Shown: positions 13,848 to 25,384 of the stretch, one piece after another | How the letters are laid out: the number at the start of each line of letters is the position of its first letter | How positions within the stretch are numbered: position 1 is the first letter of the stretch | NCBI GenBank assembly: GCA_002269645.1 | Contig: NIVC01001159.1 | Location: 38,257 to 102,256, forward strand | Direction: 5' to 3' | DNA: 64,000 nucleotides | Source: Macrostomum lignano | Lineage: Eukaryota | Translations under genes and position numbers: made by a program | The notes under the pieces: model-generated | Seen by the model: only the letters and a program-made list of their open reading frames with translations | What the model was told of the DNA's origin: nothing | The model's database searches: none

Positions 13848-16800
13848 ACTATCTATCTATCCATCCATCTATCTATATATCTATCTAACTATCTATCATT
13901 GTTTAGTCCTGCTTTAAAGCCTGTGCTCTAAGATTACGAACTTACAGACCAGTACAAGTCACAGATACTACAATAATAAGATAGGCCACTCAGGCAATTA
14001 AAACAGCTGTCAACTTTCAGTTCACTAGCAAATAAGAATACATCAGCTATTTTATATAAAAGGCAATATAGCTCGTAATAAGAATTGGGGCGTGGCGGGT
14101 TGTGTGAAAAGGCGAGTTTGGAGGGTTTAGACTGGAGGGTTAGAGCCAATAAATGAGCCTTGACTATAAAAATATATTAAATACTTCTGTTTAACTTACT
14201 ACTCAACTGAAAGTAGCTTACACGCAAATAAGATGAGCGGCCCATCCAGTTATTCCAGTATCTGTGGTACAAGCTAGCATTTTCTGTGGAATATGAAAAC
14301 AACCGAGTGTGCTTACAACTACTACAGACAATAATTCAGAACTCACTCAACCGCGGTCTCGTCGAGACATTGCAGCTTGGCCAGGCAGCAGGCCTGAGTC
14401 TGCCTGAGTCGCAGAAACTCCAAAAGCAACAGAAAAGCCGGCTTAACAAGGCTGTAGGCCCGCTGCAGTGTGAGGTATCAATGGATAGTAGATGTGGGGT
14501 TTAAAAATGTGACAAGACAGTTATTACTCAAATACAAAATATCTAATAACAGTTATTACCCGTTCAAACTCGGACAGCGGCATATTGGGGCAGCAGTAGC
14601 CAAGGGAGTCCGTGACAAACTTTGCTGTGGACTTGAACAGCGGCACCAGCTGAGCGTACGGCCCCGTGCATCCGCCTGCGGTAGGGCGGTTTTTCAAGTC
14701 ATCAATTATCTGCGTGCTCCCTTATTATAGAATAGAAGAATTCTAATTTTCACCACATTTTATCACATTCATCCGCCCTATAATATCACCTTTATCTGCC
14801 CCCTAGAATCACCTTCATCCGCCCTCTAATCACCTTCATTTGACCTCCAATCACCTTCATCCGCCCTTTTATCATCTACAACATCACCTTCATTCCCCAT
14901 CCCCAAATAACCTTCATCCTCCCTCTTATCACCTGTATCCGCTCTCTAATCACCTTCATCCGCCCTCTAATCCCCTTCATCCGCTCTCTAATCACCTTCC
15001 TCTAAAATCGCTGCCATCCGCCCTCTAGAATCGCTGCCATCCGCCCTCTAAAATCACTGCCATCCGCCCTCTAGAATCGCTGCAGAATCGCTGCCATCCG
15101 CCCTCTAGAATCGCTGCCATCCGCCCTCTAGAATCGCTGCCATCCGCCCTCTAGAATCGCTGCAGAATCGCTGCCATCCGCCCGGCAGAATCGCTGCCAT
15201 CCACCCTCTAGAATCGCTGCAGAATCGCTGCCATCCGCCCGGCAGAATCGCTGCCATGCAATCCTCACCTTCCCACACGGAGCAGGAGAAGGTCTGCAGT
15301 CGAAGTTCATCAGCAGATTCCAGATTCCCACCGTGAACCTGACTGCGGTTGGCACCTGTAGCATCTTCATCCTGCCTGTTAGGTGTCTGTCCATCACCGT
15401 CATCAGTCTCCATTGGCTGCAGCAGTTTGCAGTGAACCAGCAATCGGCTGTGCAGGTATTTCAGAGTCACACGCGGCGGAGACTCAGTCACAGCGTACTG
15501 GACTGTGTAGAAGCTGTTGGGTGTTGGCGTTGGCTATTGGTATGGGTTGATTGGCAAATGCATGAGGTAACAAAAGTGCATCTAGCTCGTACAGAGGCCA
15601 ACAGGTGAGCAGTGACAGAAGCCTAAAATCACAGGTGAGCAGTGACAGAAGCCTAAAATCACAGGTGAGCAGTGACAGAAGCCTAAAATCACAGGTGAGC
15701 AGTGACAGAAGACTAAAATCACAGGTGAGCAGTGACAGAAGACTAAAATCACAGGTGAGAATTGACAGATGCCTAAAATCACAGGTGAGAATTTACAGAT
15801 GCCTAAAATCACAGGTGAGAATTGACAGATGCCTAAAATCACAGGTGAGAATTTACAGATGCCTAAAATCACAGGTGAGAATTGACAGATGCCTAAAATC
15901 ACAGGTGAGCAGTGACAGAAGCCTAAAATCACAGGTGAGCAGTGACAGAAGACTAAAATCACAGGTGAGCAGTGACAGAAGCCTAAAATCACAGGTGAGA
16001 ATTGACAGGTGAGCAGTGACAGAAGACTAAAATCACAGGTGAGCAGTGACAGAAGACTAAAATCACAGGTGAGCAGTGACAGAAGACTAAAATCACAGGT
16101 GAGAATTGACAGATGCCTAAAATCACAGGTGAGCAGTGACAGATGCCTAAAATCACAGGTGAGCAGTGAAAGAAGCCTAAAATCACAGGTGAGCAGTGAC
16201 AGAAGCCTAAAATCACAGGTGAGCAGTGACAGAAGCCTAAAATCACAGGTGAGCATTAGGTAGGCAGAGGCGCCCAAACTTACGCGCAGTGAGTCAGGAA
16301 ACTGAAATCAATCCTGGAAGAAGCGGATTCGGCAACAAAGGAATCAGCAGCGGCGGTGCAGCAGGACGAGTCCAGACGCTGGCGCCGGCCTGGCTGGTGC
16401 AGAGACTGCTCAACCATGGCCTCAGCTTGAGCAGAGTACAGAGCGGCAGCTATGAGGCACTTGCTCTTGTCCATGAGGCACTGTCGCATGCGGCGGCGTA
16501 CTGAAATATTTTTTTAGTATATGTACATCAATAAATATTCGGTATGCGAGGCCGTAGCCCAAGAGCGCCAACTCCCAAGGCACAGTGTAGTGTGCATGCC
16601 GAACGATAAATCAAGTCAAGGGGCCGCTGTACACTCCCGTGTGAGTGTGTGCCTGTGCGTATGACTGCGTACGTATCCGCGCGCTGATTCTATAACTCGA
16701 GCGACTCTGGCACGCCTCAGGCAATAAAACATATCTAAAAATTCTCATTACTCACAGTTAACTAATCGCTGCTTCCTTTGAGTTCTCGGATCGAGGTACC

Positions 16801-19800
16801 GAGCTCGAACCCCGACTAGAATCTGCTTCATCAGCTTGTCGGCAATCTCGCTGGCGGCCTCGCCAAGCCGACGACGGTAAATGGCAAGCAGGGCGGACTC
16901 GTCCAGCTGCTCATCCTGCTGCTGCACACTGCTCAGAGCCACGTCAGCCTGACAGCGCTCCAGCTCCAGTTTCAGACGGTTCAGTAGGATGTTCTTGAAC
17001 CTGGGCGGCAGAGGTTGGCACAGCTGCCGCAGGCTGGCTATCAGCTCTGCGCCAACCCCAGCCTGCTCAGCTTCGAAGCCGGCAAAGAAGCTGAAGCTGG
17101 CCAGCCGCATCAGCTCATCTACGGTGCCGCTGGATTTCGAGTAATTCCCTGCCGCCAACTGACCGCACCGGAGCGGCAGCAGCGGTGACGCGTCCAGGGA
17201 GTCGGCGGCGCCGGCGCCCGAGGCTTCGTGCTGCTGGCGCAAAAACGACGGGGTGGCGACGAAGTTGCCGGACAAAGACCTGAGGTGGCTCGGCGTGGCC
17301 ACTTGGGAGGACGGCGACAAAGACTTGAGGTGGCTGGGCGTGGCGACTTGGGCGGACGGCGACAAAGACTTGAGGTGGCTGGGCGTGGCGACTTGGGCGG
17401 ACGGCGACAAAGACTTCAGGTGGCTGGGCGTGGCGACTTGGGCGGACGGCGACAAAGACTTCAGGTGGCTGGGCGTGGCGACTTGGTTGTGCGGCGCCAA
17501 GGGCTCGAGACTTCGTCTGTTAAGTTCGATTGGGTTAAAAGAATGCGCGACGTGACATCTCGTTATCGTGGTTATCAGCAGCTCGAGGCTTAGATAAATT
17601 GAAGCTGCAATAGAAAATTCTAATATCCAAGATTTCTGAATGCCAGTCCCAGAATGAGCCCCCAGTCCCTAATCCCAGTGTCCCCAGATCCGGAATCCCA
17701 GTGTCCCCAGATCCGGAATCCCAGTGTCCCCAGATCCGGAATCCCAGTGTCCCCAGATCCGGAATCCCAGTGTCCCCAGATCCGGAATCCCAGTGTCCCC
17801 AGATCCGGAATCCCAGTGTCCCCAGATCCGGAATCCCAGTGTCCCCAGATCCGGAATCCCAGTGTCCCCAGATCCGGAATCCCAGTGTCCCCAGATCCGG
17901 AGTCCCAGTGCCCCAGATCCAAAATCCCAGTGTCCCCAGATCCGGAATCCCAGTGTCCCCAGATCCAAAATCCTAGTGTCCCCAGATCTCGGATCCCGAG
18001 TCGATCCAGAATCCGAGTCCCCGCAGATCCCGAGTCCCCAGATCCCGAACCCCTAGAGTCCCCAGATCCCAAATCCGAGTCCCCAGATCCTGAACCCCCA
18101 GAGTCCCCAGATCCCGAATCCTAAAGTCTACATAACCAATCGAATAGTGCAGTAACACAATCACAACAATAGAAGCTTCTCACCCAGAGCTCAGCGACAT
18201 GTGAGTAGCGGCATTAGCCGGAGCTGAGCACGCAGCTGTGAAGCGAATAATTTTAGTGGACGCGGAGGGTGGCGACTCGTGGCCGGCGTCCAGCTGCATG
18301 CTTTCGCCGCTGTCTTGGCCAGCTGTCATTGTCGGCGGATCATCGACACAGTAAGTGGCGTTCGCTTGTTGAACTGGCGGCGAATCTACCAGCTTTTTCT
18401 GATTTGCTGCTGCAGCAGGCTGGGCGGCCTCGACCTCCACTGGATCGGAGCCCGAGCTGCCAGCGCTGCCCGGCACTGCTGGAAATGCCAGTTTTTTAAT
18501 TATAGATAAAAATTTTCGCATTTGAGTAGAAATTGTTTCAAAAAGGAGTTGCAATTTTAAGAAACAATGTTTTCCGTTTTGTTTTCCAAGAAACGATGTT
18601 TTCCGTTTTATTTTCTAAGAAATAATGTTTTCCGTTGTGTTTTCTAAGAAACGATGTTTTCCGTTTTGTTTTCTAAGAAACGATGTTTTCATTTTGTTTT
18701 CTAAGAAACAATATTTTCCGATTTGTTTTTTAAGAGACGATGTTTTCACTTGAAGTTTTGTTTTCTTAGAAACGATGCTTAAGATTTGATCTCGAAGAAA
18801 CGATGTTTCCCGTTTTGTTTTGTAAGAAATGAAGTTTTGTATTTTGGTTTCTAAGAAACGATGTTTCCTGTTTTGTTTTCTAAGAAACGATGCTTGACAT
18901 TTCTAAGAAATGAAATTTTCCGTTTCTGTTCGATATCCTGTTATGCTTTCGAAGAAACAAAACTATCTGTTTTTTCGAGAATTAAAATTTTCCGTTTCAC
19001 TTAAGTTATCGTAGCATCGTAGCGGTCAAGGAGCTAGCGAACCGTTTTGAAAATGCGCTGATTGCCTAAGTCAGGAAGCCATGGCCAGTATACCAGAAAA
19101 TAATATTTCAATAATATACCCACAACTTACAGTCAGACGCCTGAGGAGAGCCCTGCTGAGCAGCAGCCACAATGCTCATGCTGTCAGAGTCGCCAAACAG
19201 AGACCGCTCGATCTGGGCCAATATGGACGAGTCGGCGGCGGGAGGCGCCCGACGAGGTGACACCGCCGTGCAGGTGGCGTGGAACAGCTCTTCCAGTTCG
19301 CGGCATCGCTCCAGCACCGAGTCATTGCCTGTGTTGCCATTGGATACAGTTTGAACTGGGGGCTTCTGCTTTGGCTCAGGCTGCTGCTGCTCAGGCTGAG
19401 GCTCGTCTGGCGATATAATTAGCGACTCGTCATCATATCCTGCCAGGTGACTGACCGTGAATCTGCGTTTGAAATTCATACTGAGATGTGATGATCGCAT
19501 TGAGTGAGTAGAACACATGGGGTTGTATTGGGCTGAAATAAGGCTTATTGCTGCAAACCAAAGGTCACGGATATGGTCATTGGGTCATGCTAGAGACAGG
19601 GGGGTCAGTGGGACTTATACCGTAATAGTGCAGTTACGGTCATAAACTGAGGCCAGGTGGGTCATATATTGAGGTCAGGTGGTCTTTTACTGACGTCAGG
19701 GGGTCATATACTGAGGCCAGGTGGGTCGTATATTGAGGTCAGCCGGTCAGGGAGGTCATATACTGAGATCAGGTGGGTCATATATTGAGGTCAGGGAGGT

Positions 19801-22346
19801 CATATACTGAGATCAGGTGGGTCATATATTGAGGTCAGGGAGGTCATATACTGAGATCAGGTGGGTCATATATTGAGGTCAGGGAGGTCATATACTGAGA
19901 TCAGGTGGGTCATATATTGAGGTCAGGGAGGTCATATACTGAGATCAGGTGGGTCATAAACTGAGGTCAGGTGGGTCATATACTGCGATCAGGTGGGTCA
20001 TACACTGCGATCAGGTGGGTCGTATATTGAGGTCAGGGAGGTCATATACTGAGATCAGGTGGGTCATAAACTGAGGCCAGGTGGGTCATATACTGCGATC
20101 AGGTGGGTCATATATTGAGGTCAGGGAGGTCATATACTGAGATCAGGTGGGTCATAAACTGAGGCCAGGTGGGTCATATACTGCGATCAGGTGGGTCATA
20201 CACTGCGATCAGGTGGGTCGTATATTGAGGTCAGGGAGGTCATATACTGAGATCAGGTGGGTCATAAACTGAGGCCAGGTGGGTCATATACTGCGATCAG
20301 GTGGGTCATGCACTGCGATCAGGTGGGTCGTATATTGAAGTCAGGAGGTCATGATACTGAGGTCAGAGGGGTCATATACAGAGGTCAGGGAGTCACGCTG
20401 ATAGCTGGAGTCATTTTGAGGCTAATGGGTCATGCTGGAGCTAAGCAGGTCACACTGAGGCCACACTCACGATGAGGCCAATAAATAATGAAAGCACAAT
20501 GACCGGTTAACTGAGGCCTGCAGCCCCAAATTGCAGTAAAGCAAATAACTACCTTGAAGACGGCTGCCCCAGCTGATGCTGATTGCAGAAATGCTGGCTG
20601 ACGGTGGCCGCGGCCGAGGACGACGAGGTGATCAACGTCATGCTGCTGCCACTTGACGAGAAGCCAGCAGCAGCGGCACCGGTCGTGGCGGCGGCGGCGG
20701 ACACAGCGGCGGTGGCGCAGCTGCTGGCAGCGAATGCGGTCACAGCAGCGACCATCTTCAAGGACTCCGAGCTGCTCGTGTCGGAGTAGTTTGGCATAGG
20801 CAGGATCCGCTCAGCCAGCTCGTGATGCAGCAGCTGGTGCATCTGGCCAATCAGCTGACTGGCGCAGCGCTGCATCCGCAGCTGCCGGGTGGCCTCGCCT
20901 CCATCGTCCTGACTGAAGTCGTCGTCTCCGTCGCCGACAACCTCGTTGTTGTCCTCGACGTCGGCATCGGCGAGCTGTGGAGCCTCGTCACCAGCTGCTG
21001 CCCGCTGGCTGTTGTCTGCGTCATCGCCGTGAGCGGCCAGATAGGCAGAGAAGTCGTCCTCGATGTTGGCGTCGGGACCTTCAGCGGTGATGTCGGATGG
21101 AACTTGCGGTTGCGGCACCGGCTGCGGCGGCGCAGCTGCCGATGACATCGTGGTGATCTCCATAGCAACTGAGTCATAAAGGGTTCGATTCTCCGCCATT
21201 GCCGAAGCCTGAGCAGCCATTGAGACGCTGGCGGTGCCGTCCGCAGACTGCAGGGTGAGCATGTCGGACTCCTTGATGAATTCCTTCACTTTGTAGGTGC
21301 GAGCGAAGCTCACTCGCTTTGAGCGGCTGCCAGCGCCGCCGCCTCCGCAGCCGTCGTTGAAGTCGTCTGGTATGATGTCATCTTCGTTCAGTGTGCGCTT
21401 CAGGATCTGCGTTCAGCGGTGGGCATGAGGCGCATTTGTCTTCGTTTTCACTCTCACCTGCTTGTCTGCACCACTACCTGTCTGCTTGCCTGCATCTCTA
21501 CCTGTCTGCTTCCCTGCACCTCTACCTGTCTGTTTCCCTGCACCTCTACCTGTCTGCTTCCCTGCACCTCTACCTGTCTGCCTGCTTCCCTGCACCTCTA
21601 CCTGTCTGTTTCCCTGCACCTCTACCTGTCTGTTTCCCTGCACCTCTACCTGTCTGCTTCCCTGCACCTCTACCTGTCTGTTTCCCTGCACCTCTACCTG
21701 TCTGCTTCCCTGCACCTCTACCTGTCTGTTTCCCTGCACCTCTACCTGTCTCTTCCCTGCACCTCTACCTGTCTGCTTCCCTGCACATCTACCTGTCTGT
21801 TTCCCTGCACCTCTACCTGTCTGCTTCCCTGCACCTCTACCTGTCTGTTTCCCTGCACCTCTACCTGTCTGCTTCCCTGCACCTCTACCTGTCTGTTTCC
21901 CTGCACCTCTACCTGTCTGCTTCCCTGCACCTCTACCTGTCTGCTTCCCTGCACCTCTACCTGTCTGTTTCCCTGCACCTCTACCTGTCTGCTTCCCTGC
22001 ATCACTACCTGTCTGCTTCCCCACTTGTCTACCTGTCTGCTTCCCCACTTGTCTACCTGTCTGCTTTCCCACTTGTCTACCTGTCTGCTTCCCTGCATCT
22101 ATACCTGTCTGGTTCCCTGCATGACTACCTGTCTGGTTCCTTGCATCACTACCTGTCTGGTTCCCTGCATCACTACCTGTCTACTTACCTGCATCTCTCT
22201 GCTTCCCCACTTGTCTACCTGTCTGCTTCCCCACTTGTCTACCTGCAATATATTGCAAAATATGTACATAGAAAAACACTTACAGATGATCTGGATCGCT
22301 TCTGAGTGCGAGTCTTAGTTGTTGCATAAGGTACTAGATTTGACAT
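12615..22346 (-). CDS. KNL1: Kinetochore scaffold KNL1/Spc105/CASC5-like protein, 11 exons, ~1125 aa
   Basis: Manual model (minus): 22346-22284, 21406-20553, 19480-19131, 18478-18184, 17516-16756, 16500-16284, 15513-15269, 14720-14560, 14462-14347, 13135-12932, 12726-12615. All introns are GT-AG with consistent phases; total 3378 nt. The N-terminus reads KRSRSS|ILKR...[15 protein letters not shown], i.e. the SILK and RVSF PP1-docking motifs typical of KNL1. These are followed by a MELT-like DSVAMEIT, a long acidic/low-complexity region, a helical region, and C-terminal exons compatible with the RWD domains. Confidence 0.85.
12799..12912. repeat. 46-bp tandem repeat, ~2.5 copies (KNL1 intron 10)
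   Basis: CAATCATGAGTCAC at 12799, 12845 and 12891. Confidence 0.9.
13190..13895. repeat. Compound (TCTG)n and (TATC)n microsatellites (KNL1 intron 9)
   Basis: Interrupted TCTG array at 13190-13672; TATC array at 13767-13895. Confidence 0.93.
14790..15256. repeat. Degenerate 21-23-bp minisatellite (KNL1 intron 7)
   Basis: AATCACCTTCATCCGCCCTCT grading into AGAATCGCTGCCATCCGCCCTCT. Confidence 0.85.
15601..16254. repeat. 30-bp minisatellite, ~21 copies (KNL1 intron 6)
   Basis: Unit ACAGGTGAGCAGTGACAGAAGCCTAAAATC. Confidence 0.95.
17255..17485 (-). repeat. 45-bp coding tandem repeat inside KNL1 exon 5 ([15 protein letters not shown])
   Basis: About five in-frame 15-aa units, then a degenerate VATPSFLR. 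Confidence 0.9.
17660..18122. repeat. 23-bp minisatellite (KNL1 intron 4)
   Basis: Unit GATCCGGAATCCCAGTGTCCCCA. Confidence 0.94.
18555..18925. repeat. Degenerate ~29-bp AT-rich repeat (KNL1 intron 3)
   Basis: TTTTCTAAGAAACGATGTTTTCCGTTTTG-like units. Confidence 0.85.
19640..20390. repeat. 22/44-bp minisatellite (KNL1 intron 2)
   Basis: Alternating GGTCATATACTGAGATCAGGTG and GGTCATATATTGAGGTCAGGGA units. Confidence 0.93.
21473..22245. repeat. 24-bp minisatellite (KNL1 intron 1)
   Basis: Unit CTACCTGTCTGCTTCCCTGCACCT. Confidence 0.94.
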
Positions 22347-24540
22347 CGCTGATTAATGTTTATCAGTGCTAAAAACAGTAATGAGAAATTTTGTCACTTA
22401 AGATTTTCTTTATCCAAGAGCAGTTAATAACAATGACATTGTTTTTGTCAGACAATATTATATATAGAAAAATAAAGCATATATTTAAGTTTTTTGTCAA
22501 AATCATAATGCCATTTGGCATAATGACATCAAATTTGACAATTTGTTATGCCATTTTCAATTTTGACATGCCATTGGCATAAAATGTAAAATAACACTTT
22601 GTGAGCCCATATTACTGTTTCCTTTCAAGGTAATACTTGAACAAGTTTAAAAGCAAAACTAAAATTTGGAATTGGGAATTTAGCATTGGCAATTTGGCAA
22701 TGGCATAATGGCAAAAAATTGTTATGCCATTTTGGCATAAAAGCATCAAAATCATTATGCTCTTTTTTAATTTTGATAGCATGCCTATGACACAAAAAAC
22801 CTAGGCATATATTAATACAAAATCCAAATTAATAAAAAACAAAAAAACATGAAAATAGTTCTTAGACAAGACAAAAAAGCTTAGCTACTATATCAGCTTA
22901 TAAAATAAGATATATAATAAACAGTTATGATATCAGTTGAGAAAACTATATATGCCTAACCTTGGGAATCACATGGCCATTTCTATTGGCAATATACACA
23001 TGTAAATTGCTATTGGCTATCATTTTACTTATTTTGTCTTGTGTGCTGCTAATAGAAACAGCCAAGTTAATTCTTAGGTTACAACCAAACATAGAGAAAT
23101 CTCTATCATTAAGCAATAATGAAAATAAACTTAGTAAATTGTCTTATATATTCTGTTGTACTTTTGACTCTCAGGAAGGATGCGCCTACAAGGGTCAGAG
23201 TATGCAGGCCCATGTTGGCCTGCGTTAGGGCACGAGTGTATACATGGGACCCTAAGTCTAGGCTCTGGGGTATCAGGATGCACCCAAGTGGCTGGCACAC
23301 ATGTAGGGACACTGATGTCAATCACCTTTAGCAGGGTATCAAGGTGCATGAGCTGGCATCTACATACAATGGGCTTAAAGTACAGGGTGGTCCCTGGCTG
23401 ACTACCTAGCCTAGTCCCCCTTGGCCCTTAGTTGGCCTTAGGACACACAAACTGCCCCTGCTATAGCCCCCAAAATGAAAGAGACAAGGCAGTGACTTAC
23501 TTCATGTACAGCTTGCCTTTGTGCATGCGGTCAATTAATTGCAGCTGAAGTCTGTTCACAGCTAGCAGACATATGGCTATGGCATAGGCATAGAAGTTCA
23601 AAGAAAATTGGTTGAGTTGTTTTTTGCTGAAATCGATCACACACACATGCACACACACAGACAGACCCTATTTGGTATATGGATAAGGGATAAAAAAGCA
23701 AAAAATTACATATTTCTTGGCCTATTATTGTTTGGCAGATTGATATGGGCATAGAAATTGTTTAAGTTTATTTTTTTATTAGAGGCAGGGGGTTGTGTGC
23801 ACCCTGACGCACTTTTAAGCGACATAGGCACACAACCGGCGAGAGGCATTACTGCCCATTCCGCCGACTCCCCTGAGCAGGCACACAAGCGCGCGGATTG
23901 TTTAAGTTATACAAAATTACAGAAAGTTATATAATAAATTGTTATTATAGAAGTGTCTTTTTGCAGAAATGAATATAACCCCATATAGTCGACTATAAAA
24001 CATTTTTAGAACTTTATAAGTTTATTACTTGACCAATTTTTATAAGTAAGGGGTCTTCATACTTATGCAAATGAGATTTATCAGATGAATTAGAAATATA
24101 CAAAAAATAATAATCAAAATATCGCTCACAATCCTCATAGGCTAATGCTAGATAGATCTAAGCACGCGTCGCGAGTCCGTGTTCTACTTGGCATGTTTCT
24201 AGGATTTGAATTTTTACTTTTTTTTAACATAGAAAAACAACTTTATTACTTTTAGTGTGTACCACAAATTTCTTTCACTGACCCATTAAAAATTTTAGAA
24301 TAAATAATTTTTTGCTTTACAAAGCATTATAAAAAATAAAATAATGATCATACCTTTATATCGAAGAGTTGGGGTTTAATTTAAAAATACTGCATCATTT
24401 TTAAAGCGCTTTAAATAAACTTTAAAAGTGTACACTGAGCAAAGCTTCAGACAAAGCAAATATACTCTTAAGACATATGAAACGAGTCTATTGATTTGCA
24501 TCACAATAATTTTGAATGCCTCTCAATGGCTAGGCCTAGT

Positions 24541-25026
24541 TATAATATCGTTATATTGCTTATTCATCTTCTAAAATTAAAGTTATTCATCTACCATTCT
24601 TACCATAGTTATTCATTTAACAACTATTTTAGATTATAATATTTTTATAACTTCTAGCTTAAACTAAATTTGTGTCTTCTTAAAGCAATTTAATATTATT
24701 AATAAAATAGCTTAGTCCTAATTAATCCAGTATTTAATTAATTTGTTTTATTAAAATTAATTATGATTAGATTATCCTATTTATTATAATATCGTTATAT
24801 TGCTTATTCATCTATTCTATAATTAAGGTTATTCATCTTACCATTATTATAATAGTTATTCATTCAACAACTATTTTAAATTATAATATTTTTATCACTT
24901 CTAGCTTAAATTTGATTTTGTATACTTCCTAAAACAATTTAATTCTATAAAATAGCTTAGTCCTAATTAATCCATGAATTAATTAATTGGTTTTATTAAA
25001 ATTAATATTGATTAGATTATCCTATT
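24541..25026. repeat. Two diverged direct copies of a ~244-bp AT-rich unit
   Basis: TATAATATCGTTATATTGCTTATTCATCT at 24541 and 24785; both copies end in ATTAGATTATCCTATTT. Confidence 0.9.
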
Positions 25027-25384
25027 TAAGAAATAAATAGCCAAGACTATATTTTAGATTTTTCTATAACCAAAATTTTCTTGTATTGATATCTGTATCT
25101 AGACTATAGCTAATTAACTCATGTAGTAACTTTCTATAACTATTGACAATATAAAATCCAATGGCAGCAAGTCCTATATCATCATTAAGTATGGAGTTTA
25201 AGAAAGTTAAGAATGATTTAAATTTCATTTAAATTTATTGTACAAAAAACTATATTCATTTTAGCTTTAGCCCTAGCCCCCCAACCAGGGAGAGATTCAA
25301 AATCTCTGTTGCTTGAGTTATCTTAATATATGAATAAATTATAACATTTTCAGATATGAGTTATCAACATAAATGGATTAAATA

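Noticed and set aside
14220-14300. Alternative terminal KNL1 exon near 14.2 kb
   Set aside because: The exons at 13135-12932 and 12726-12615 fit phase and RWD-like sequence better.
15601-16254. CAG|GTGAG splice-like motif in every 30-bp unit; CRISPR-like periodicity of many arrays
   Set aside because: The motif is antisense to KNL1 with no plus-strand gene evident. The arrays have no unique spacers and there are no cas genes; this is eukaryotic DNA.
22400-25380. NUMT or Polinton fragment in the AT-rich block
   Set aside because: No recognisable mitochondrial gene, rRNA/tRNA or viral-type ORF.
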